A DNA stretch of 64,000 bases from a virus. Lineage: Duplodnaviria; Caudoviricetes. Made by a program: the position numbers and the translations under genes. The notes under the pieces were generated by a model. The model searched no databases. It was not told the origin of the DNA and saw only the letters and a list, made by a program, of their open reading frames with translations. Of this stretch, positions 58,309 through 64,000 are shown in pieces (position 1 is the first letter of the stretch; the number at the start of each line of letters is the position of its first letter). The stretch covers positions 1-64,000 of IMG/VR virus record IMGVR_UViG_3300048995_000010. The stretch is one strand, 5' to 3'.

Positions 58309-58456
58309 GTTCTTCTGTTTTTGGTTTGATATCCTGTTCTTCCTTAAGTATTCTGTCAAACATATCAGCAAAAGCCTCTGCTGCAGTCTTAAAAGTGGGT
58401 AGCTGTTCCATCTGTTCCCATATCCCTATTGGTATGTTTTTATCAGGTAGTGGCAT
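58298..58456 (-). CDS. small hypothetical protein (52 aa, MPLPDKNIP...)
   Basis: Read manually; overlaps both neighbours. Confidence 0.5.
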   Translation of the reverse strand: MPLPDKNIPIGIWEQMEQLPTFKTAAEAFADMFDRILKEEQDIKPKTEEHGR

Positions 58457-58619
58457 GTGTCATTTTTGGTTTGATATCCCACAAAAATCCCCTCAAGGTA
58501 GGGAACATCCTGGCTATCTGTTGTAGCTGGAACTGTTCCTGCATTTTCCACTCTACATAATCCATCCAGACTGGAGGAATCTCTTGTTCTACTGGATTAC
58601 CATGTTGATCGAGTATCAT
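58443..58619 (-). CDS. small hypothetical protein (58 aa, MILDQHGNP...)
   Basis: Read manually; ATGA coupling to the upstream gene. Confidence 0.55.
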   Translation of the reverse strand: MILDQHGNPVEQEIPPVWMDYVEWKMQEQFQLQQIARMFPTLRGFLWDIKPKMTHATT

Positions 58620-58858
58620 CCTTGAGCTCTTTTACTTGGAGGTAATGGGACTATTGGCAATCTAATCTCTGTGCCATCTACAGAAACCATTGCCTGGTGA
58701 GTGGATACACCTACTGGTATTCCCAAAAATTGGAATGGGGTACCACACTGCTCACAAAAACACCTGACATCAGCCATATACTGATTTACCTGTCCGGTAT
58801 CATTAGTAAGACGGTGAACTGTACCCTGAATTTGAAAGATCTCGTGTTGACAATCCAT
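58616..58858 (-). CDS. small Zn-binding protein (MDCQH...CEQCG)
   Basis: CxH and CxxC pairs; AATAACAACAGT-ATG leader and TATCTTCA box (58875-58882). Confidence 0.65.
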   Translation of the reverse strand: MDCQHEIFQIQGTVHRLTNDTGQVNQYMADVRCFCEQCGTPFQFLGIPVGVSTHQAMVSVDGTEIRLPIVPLPPSKRAQG

Positions 58859-58931
58859 ACTGTTGTTATTTGTATGAAGATACAGAAATCTTACATCTCT
58901 CACTGGGGAAACGTACGTCTGTACTGGAGAT

Positions 58932-59474
58932 TTAAACACAAAGTCTTTTATACAGTAGGTGTATCTTCTCCAGGAAATCTTCATAACTCATATCCAGTTT
59001 CATTGAATTACAGTGGGAGCAACATGGAAGACAGTTCCCAGAAAGGTAACCCTGATCGTTGTGTTTTCTATCAAGACCACTATATTGGATAGACTCTTTC
59101 TTGGATTTAAACAGGTTAGATGGAGGCTTATCACAATAGTGACAGTTTTGTAGTACCAAGGCTGAAAACTCTTCAAGTGTAAGACTGAATTGGAGTTCTC
59201 TCCTATTAGCCTCATATCTCTTCCATACATAGAGTCTTCCTTCTATTGTTTTCATCCTCCTGCACCCACAAGACATGGGAGGATTCTTAGAACGCAGCTT
59301 ATCCACCTTCAATAATATCTCTTTCCCACACTTACACCTGCATATCCATCTTGTTTTAGTATGTCCCCCGGAAGTTCTATACTCAGCCCCCTGTTTTATG
59401 ATAGTGAGATCCCCTACGATCAAGCCAGTCATGTCAACTAACGGTCTTCCTAAAGTACTTATGATCTGTGTCAT
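58932..59474 (-). CDS. free-standing HNH homing endonuclease
   Basis: RWICRCKCG..SCGC N-domain; CHYC..GLDRKHNDQGYLSGNCLPCCSHCNSMK; TATCTTCG box at 59479-59486. Confidence 0.85.
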   Translation of the reverse strand: MTQIISTLGRPLVDMTGLIVGDLTIIKQGAEYRTSGGHTKTRWICRCKCGKEILLKVDKLRSKNPPMSCGCRRMKTIEGRLYVWKRYEANRRELQFSLTLEEFSALVLQNCHYCDKPPSNLFKSKKESIQYSGLDRKHNDQGYLSGNCLPCCSHCNSMKLDMSYEDFLEKIHLLYKRLCV

Positions 59475-59494
59475 GGGACGAAGATAAGGTTTAG

Positions 59495-59645
59495 GGGTGA
59501 AATAGCCCGGTACCCCTCGAATAAAAAGGATACCCCCCGGTAACTTCATGTGTATCAGAGGGGCCACTGCCTACCTCAGTTGACAGTCCCCGGCTATGTT
59601 TTGGGATTGAACTATCCCCGGCATTGCAATAGGGCACTGCCATAC
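59495..59645. other. GC-rich divergent strand-switch region with repeated CCC(C)GG (candidate genome terminus or early promoter region)
   Basis: Four CCC(C)GG motifs in ~120 non-coding nt where coding flips from - to +. Confidence 0.4.
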
Positions 59646-59663
59646 ATTCAAACTAAACACAAA

Positions 59664-60278
59664 ATGTCTACAAATTCAACAACACTCGTGCTCTCTGCAG
59701 CAAAGGTTCGTTCTATCATTGCATCTCGCTCTATCGTAAAGACTGTGCAAGTTGGTGATACTGTTCGCTTTCACATTCAAGGTAATGGTGTTACCATACC
59801 TGTGAAGACTAGTGCTGGTGCTATAGTCATGGCTAATGGTACAAACATACCACTCACCAAGACCATCTATGGTACTAAGGTCAACTCACAGGTTGCCATG
59901 ATGAATGAGCGCAACAGGCAACTGTTGAAAGACGCTGTTGCAGCTGAAGCTGCTGGTGCTGATGACTTCGAGGTTACCAAAGCGTTCAACACCTATCTGA
60001 ATAAGATTCAGGTGTCGTTCAGCATCCTTCACAATCCTGGTCGTAAGATCGAGACTTTCTACAACAAGCAACTTGTTGAAGCTGAAGTCGAGCTGATCAC
60101 TACGGATAATGGACAACTTCTGACGTTCACCAACGTTAGACCTGTGAAGACCGAGAAGCTGGGATCTACACCAGAGTTCACACTGGAAGATCTCATGGGA
60201 TTATCTGCTGATGGTCCTAAAGCCGAGGATGTGTTTACACCTGCTGAGGGTGTAGAGGCTGATGCTGAGAAAGCATAA
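59664..60278 (+). CDS. first early-arm gene; beta-rich protein with acidic tail (SSB-like)
   Basis: ATG 59664 after an A-rich leader; acidic C-terminus. Confidence 0.6.
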   Translation: MSTNSTTLVLSAAKVRSIIASRSIVKTVQVGDTVRFHIQGNGVTIPVKTSAGAIVMANGTNIPLTKTIYGTKVNSQVAMMNERNRQLLKDAVAAEAAGADDFEVTKAFNTYLNKIQVSFSILHNPGRKIETFYNKQLVEAEVELITTDNGQLLTFTNVRPVKTEKLGSTPEFTLEDLMGLSADGPKAEDVFTPAEGVEADAEKA

Positions 60279-60299
60279 GTACAACACATCATGTGAACA

Positions 60300-60467
60300 A
60301 ACTGTAGAGGCCGTAACTCCAGCGGAGGTGTGAAAGTCACTTCATCAGTGGTATTCTGCATAAGTGTGGAATACTGGGATGAGAAGCAATACACGCACGG
60401 CACAACAAGAATGGAGAACTACAGCTCACTCATGCCAACTCAGGGGTAACACCTTGAGTTGGTTTTT
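60300..60467 (+). ncRNA. candidate pseudoknotted structured RNA ending in an intrinsic terminator
   Basis: CTGTAG/CTACAG closing stem; crossing GCCGT/ACGGC and CTCCA/TGGAG helices; internal hairpins; terminator 60435-60467. Confidence 0.5.
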
Positions 60468-60493
60468 AATTCATCACCTTTCAACTCATTCAT

Positions 60494-60604
60494 ATGCATC
60501 ATAACAACTATGATCAAGAGACTATCTGGGATCACCTCATGCCTTACCTGGTCATCGGTGGTCTGATTGGGTTGGTTGCCATATTTGCAGCCAACTTGGG
60601 ATAA
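60494..60604 (+). CDS. 36-aa single-TM peptide (MHHNNYDQETIWDHLMPYLVIGGLIGLVAIFAANLG)
   Basis: Read manually; flanked by terminators. Confidence 0.55.
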   Translation: MHHNNYDQETIWDHLMPYLVIGGLIGLVAIFAANLG

Positions 60605-60627
60605 CTCATTATTGGGACAGGTTCATT

Positions 60628-60663
60628 GGTCAGCATCTCCATGGGGAGTGCTGGCCTCTTTTT
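60628..60663 (+). terminator. intrinsic terminator
   Basis: GGTCAGCA..CTCC/GGAGTGCTGGCC stem followed by TCTTTTT. Confidence 0.7.
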
Positions 60664-60708
60664 GGCGGGCACAGTTTGCCAGTAGCTAAATTCCTGTTAC
60701 CTTCAAGA

Positions 60709-60778
60709 CGCTGGAAACAGCATTCTTTCACATACAATAGAGCGACCCGCTGTGTCTACAGTGGGTCTATTCTTTCAA
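60709..60778 (+). ncRNA. candidate small RNA
   Basis: Promoter TTTG-N19-TACCTTCA (60675-60705), 5' GNRA hairpin GCTG-GAAA-CAGC, terminator with GTGTCTAC loop; no ORF. Confidence 0.5.
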
Positions 60779-60829
60779 GCTCACAGTTCGTGAGTAGCTA
60801 ACATTCACTAACACTCTAAACTCACAGTC

Positions 60830-61024
60830 ATGGATACACAAATGATAGCTGCAGTCAATGCAGCACTGGAGGCAGTAGCCCATAAACTCAGGCACTATCA
60901 TCCAGATGTACTCACCAAGTTCCAGGAGGAAGTCAACAAACTCGTGGATGCAATGAAGGTAGAGCGCATAGCAGGAGAAAATGTCGATAGAATTATCTCA
61001 CAAGTGGTTGATAATCAAGGTTGA
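60830..61024 (+). CDS. small helical early protein
   Basis: 64-aa ORF with A/C-rich leader. Confidence 0.65.
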   Translation: MDTQMIAAVNAALEAVAHKLRHYHPDVLTKFQEEVNKLVDAMKVERIAGENVDRIISQVVDNQG

Positions 61025-61192
61025 TGGAGCGGTGCTCCTGTCACCCCCTGTTCCTCTTTTCCCTATTTCCCTTGTTCCACATTATGTCCATCTTGTCCCA
61101 CATATAAGCTATACGACCTGTATTCCCCCCTATATGTCCTACAACCCTTGTATTTTCAACCCATTTTGTATCTTCCAGCCTACATTCACCAC

Positions 61193-61411
61193 ATGAACAA
61201 GAACATCAATTCTACATCCAAACCATCTTCAAGAGCTACTTGGAATAGGCTCATAGCCATCCATTATAACACTTCTCTTGACCATCAGACTCGTGTTCAA
61301 GCTCATGTATTGCTCAACCAACTCAATACAGCTGGAGGTAAAGAACTCATGGAACACGAAGCCATTTCATTCTGTAATAGAATAGAACAAACCTTCCAAC
61401 CTACATTATGA
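61193..61411 (+). CDS. early hypothetical protein (MNKNINS...)
   Basis: TATCTTCC box at 61169-61176 upstream. Confidence 0.6.
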   Translation: MNKNINSTSKPSSRATWNRLIAIHYNTSLDHQTRVQAHVLLNQLNTAGGKELMEHEAISFCNRIEQTFQPTL

Positions 61412-61653
61412 CACACTCAGAACACACCAATTCTACATGGCAACTACTCTCTACAGCACCCCTCGATGGTACTATCATACGTGGCAAGTGGGCTAACCAA
61501 GAGACTGAACTCGTCAGATATTCTCAAAAGAGATACACCTGGGATATAGCTGCACCAACTGAGTTCATATCTATGGGACCTGGATGGGTATCAGCTAATC
61601 CAAACTACAAGGATGCATGTATTGATCCACCACACGAGTGGAAACCACTATAA
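61408..61653 (+). CDS. DUF551-like phage protein
   Basis: WQLLSTAPLDGT...PPHEWKPL pattern. Confidence 0.6.
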   Translation: MTHSEHTNSTWQLLSTAPLDGTIIRGKWANQETELVRYSQKRYTWDIAAPTEFISMGPGWVSANPNYKDACIDPPHEWKPL

Positions 61654-61663
61654 ACTCAGTCAC

Positions 61664-61819
61664 ATGCCACTATTACTACATCTGAAGAAGATCATCGGTT
61701 ACCTATGGTGCGTATTCATCCATCAATGGGGTTGGTGGAAAATGAAAGAACCGTATGGTCCCTATCATTGCAACAAATGTGGCAGAGTCCACAAATGGTT
61801 GGATAGTCACTTCAAATAA
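61664..61819 (+). CDS. small Zn-ribbon protein
   Basis: LWCVFIHQW...HCNKCG. Confidence 0.55.
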   Translation: MPLLLHLKKIIGYLWCVFIHQWGWWKMKEPYGPYHCNKCGRVHKWLDSHFK

Positions 61820-61861
61820 CGAAAAGCCACTGTCACACGGTGGATAAACTATGTGAACACT

Positions 61862-62197
61862 ATGTCTATCACAGCTGGTACTACAACTGAGAAGGATTTA
61901 CATCCAAATACTGGCAAGGATCAGCCAGCCAAGCCATTTGATTTTGCCAAGACTATTCAGTACTCACAGCCAAAGCGATCTTCTATGCAGAGTGAGCATA
62001 CTATCCTCTTCAACAAAGGAAGATACTTTGAGACCTCTATCTATAGTCCCCAGATATTAACCGAGTTGTGTGAGCTTACTGGCTTCAAGCACCAGGATTC
62101 TAATATGATAGTACAACCATGGACAGACCTGGAAGACTTTGTAATAGCCATGAACATCCTTGGTATCTACGTTGACATCACAGTAGATTGGATATAA
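61862..62197 (+). CDS. early hypothetical protein
   Basis: ORF in the early chain. Confidence 0.6.
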   Translation: MSITAGTTTEKDLHPNTGKDQPAKPFDFAKTIQYSQPKRSSMQSEHTILFNKGRYFETSIYSPQILTELCELTGFKHQDSNMIVQPWTDLEDFVIAMNILGIYVDITVDWI

Positions 62198-62206
62198 AAA
62201 CATTGT

Positions 62207-62290
62207 GACTACTCAGCTCTGTATATAAACACCTCAAAACTCACCGCTTAAAAGTGGGAATATTACGGTTGAGTACAGAGCTGAGTAGTC
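62207..62290. repeat. perfect 17-bp inverted repeat enclosing 50 nt
   Basis: GACTACTCAGCTCTGTA (62207-62223) and TACAGAGCTGAGTAGTC (62274-62290). Confidence 0.9.
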
Positions 62291-62321
62291 TAATTTCATT
62301 GCTAATCAAAAACATCACCAC

Positions 62322-62732
62322 ATGATCATACAATTACGTGATGGCGAGACTTTACGAGCCACACAAATTCTGTTTAATTCCGGAGAAGACTTTATCAGTC
62401 ACATCAATGAGGGACCAGAGTCATACACTACAGATATTGAAGACATATACAGTGTATCAGATAACCCTGTACCCACGTCTGTTAACCTCTACCAACAGGT
62501 TAAGAACTACATACTCTCAAGCTGGTCTAAGCATTGTATTACCAGGGATGATGGAGTACGACTGGAAGCAACCAATGGGAATAGAGCGATAATTTTCCTT
62601 CGACATTATGGAAGTACACCATTTCTATGGATTACTTCTAAAGGTAGTGTACTTAGATTCAAGGGGTATATCCGTAACATAGAGGACTTCAAGCTATTAT
62701 TTGAACTAACCAGTACACTGACTCCTTTTTAA
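62322..62732 (+). CDS. early hypothetical protein
   Basis: 136-aa ORF; FKGYIRNIEDFKLL C-terminal motif. Confidence 0.7.
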   Translation: MIIQLRDGETLRATQILFNSGEDFISHINEGPESYTTDIEDIYSVSDNPVPTSVNLYQQVKNYILSSWSKHCITRDDGVRLEATNGNRAIIFLRHYGSTPFLWITSKGSVLRFKGYIRNIEDFKLLFELTSTLTPF

Positions 62733-62741
62733 AGCAACACT

Positions 62742-63194
62742 ATGAACTGTATGAAGAAGTGCTTTGATAGTAAAGAGCTTGCACTCAGTGCAATGAACTA
62801 TCATAATGCTCAGGCTGATAAACACGGTTGGAAGATTATGAAATCAGTATACTTCTGCCCTAACCACCAGGCATGGCATCTCACTGCTATGAGTGATGGA
62901 GATGTCCGTAATGTACTGAGATTCGAAAAGAGTTTAGAGAAAAGTGGGAGTAAGATTCTACAGCGTATACAGGCACGATTTGATCACCACATGGAGATCT
63001 GCAAAAACAAACTCCTGTTGCCTGATGGTACTTACAGACAACCGGACGCCGAGAGTCATAAAGAACTCATGATTTCTCTGGTAGGCTTTAAGAAATGGCC
63101 AGTCAAATTCAAGTACGTAGAAATGTGGTGGTCGAGATTACCAGAACATCAAAAACACAAACCAAGTGAAACAACAACCATTACTCACACATGA
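62742..63194 (+). CDS. early hypothetical protein with Zn-binding motif
   Basis: C.KKCF...VYFCPNHQAWHLT. Confidence 0.65.
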   Translation: MNCMKKCFDSKELALSAMNYHNAQADKHGWKIMKSVYFCPNHQAWHLTAMSDGDVRNVLRFEKSLEKSGSKILQRIQARFDHHMEICKNKLLLPDGTYRQPDAESHKELMISLVGFKKWPVKFKYVEMWWSRLPEHQKHKPSETTTITHT

Positions 63195-63414
63195 CCAGTT
63201 AGTTGACTGGCTCATCTACCACTGTCCTTTAAAGGATAGCAATATATCATATGTCCCATTTCTGGTAGAGTACTTCTCACCTGACACCTTGATTACTGTA
63301 AGAAACTCTGGGGATATTCCTTCACAAACATATAATCAGGTTGCTCTCGAAATACAGAGGTACTACAAAATACACCGGGAGATCACTGACCTATATTGGT
63401 ACTGGACAATTTAA
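63166..63414 (+). CDS. early hypothetical protein
   Basis: Overlapping ORF in the chain. Confidence 0.5.
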   Translation: MKQQPLLTHDQLVDWLIYHCPLKDSNISYVPFLVEYFSPDTLITVRNSGDIPSQTYNQVALEIQRYYKIHREITDLYWYWTI

Positions 63415-63427
63415 ACTCATCATCATC

Positions 63428-63562
63428 ATGACAAAAACAGAATACAAAAACTTGAACACGGAGTTTACAGGATATACTGGAAAGAAGAAGATAATTTCAC
63501 CGTGGGAGCTATCGGTAGTCTCTCAAACGGAGACAGATGGATCATGTCAGCGAACTGGATAA
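63428..63562 (+). CDS. small hypothetical protein (MTKTEYK...)
   Basis: Fills the gap in the gene chain. Confidence 0.45.
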   Translation: MTKTEYKNLNTEFTGYTGKKKIISPWELSVVSQTETDGSCQRTG

Positions 63563-64000
63563 ATACCAGTGTAGCAGGCCCTGAGAGTTCTGTCTGGGAG
63601 CTAATAGAAAGGATGGAACTTATTGAAAAGATGGACTATTATCAGAAACCGGAAGGAGAACATACTGCTCCACTTCTTCCCTACAGAATACAGATTAAAG
63701 ATCAGCAGTTAGCAATCTCAAAGAGACCTAGTATTGTGATAACTGAATGGGGTGTAAGAATGTCTCTTCCTCACCTACTTGCTGCTCTTAAAGAGCGTGG
63801 CTACCAGATTACTGAGCCACCATCTAAAGCATTTACTGAAGTGAAAGAGTTCCTGGATACCCATGACTATTTTTCACGGGTTGACAGTATTGGTGATAGT
63901 ATCTTCATCTATACTCACAGTGTGAAGGAAAGAAAGATATCTATATCCAGAACAGACTCACGGACTCAGATATCAGTTTTCATAAGGAACACTAATGATC
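63544..64000 (+). CDS. 3'-truncated hypothetical protein (MSANWINTS...)
   Basis: Frame open to the window end; absent from the ORF track. Confidence 0.6.
   Translation, partial: MSANWINTSVAGPESSVWELIERMELIEKMDYYQKPEGEHTAPLLPYRIQIKDQQLAISKRPSIVITEWGVRMSLPHLLAALKERGYQITEPPSKAFTEVKEFLDTHDYFSRVDSIGDSIFIYTHSVKERKISISRTDSRTQISVFIRNTND

Noticed and set aside
60300-60425. Twister, hammerhead, theta/HDV ribozyme or RNase P identity for the structured RNA
   Set aside because: Required catalytic consensus nucleotides are absent, so it is kept as an unassigned ncRNA.
1-64000. Stop-codon reassignment (TAG=Gln or TGA=Trp), common in some crAss-like phages
   Set aside because: Giant ORFs are intact in code 11, and MCP and TerL end cleanly at TAG.
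1-64000. tRNA genes, CRISPR array, DGR/reverse transcriptase, integrase
   Set aside because: I saw no cloverleaf, regularly spaced repeat-spacer array, or RT/recombinase motifs by eye. tRNAscan-SE and CRISPR finders were not run.

Overview
This window is about 64 kb of a crAss-like (Crassvirales-type) podophage genome read in the standard genetic code. The host is probably a Bacteroidota bacterium, judged from TAnnTTTG-like promoters, A-rich leaders with no Shine-Dalgarno and signal peptides with Gln at +1. Layout: (i) 1-3.7 kb (+) is the end of the DNA-metabolism arm, with a PD-(D/E)xK-like nuclease end, a 5'-3' exonuclease, a MazG-like protein and a HAD phosphatase. (ii) 3.7-59.5 kb (-) is the late/virion arm. 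In transcription order it holds an HNH, small genes, a DEDDh exoribonuclease, a signal-peptide-bearing fibre-like protein with an SGNH domain, lysis membrane proteins, an Acb2/Tad1-like protein, HU-like, TerL, portal, scaffold, major capsid, ring/auxiliary capsid proteins, a split muzzle with cadherin repeats, ejected cargo proteins, a ~3,790-aa polyvalent virion RNA polymerase, tail-hub/Ig proteins and a GH108 endolysin. (iii) 59.5-64 kb (+) is a GC-rich strand switch followed by small early genes and structured non-coding elements. The most striking unexplained signal is a candidate small-RNA regulatory network. Many genes share an AACAACAGCT-ATG leader, and the major-capsid 3'UTR carries its reverse complement just before a terminator. 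Several ORF-less promoter-to-terminator units carry anti-start-codon (CAT) seeds, and four terminators share a GTnTYHAC loop. All protein assignments come from motif recognition and synteny, not database searches.
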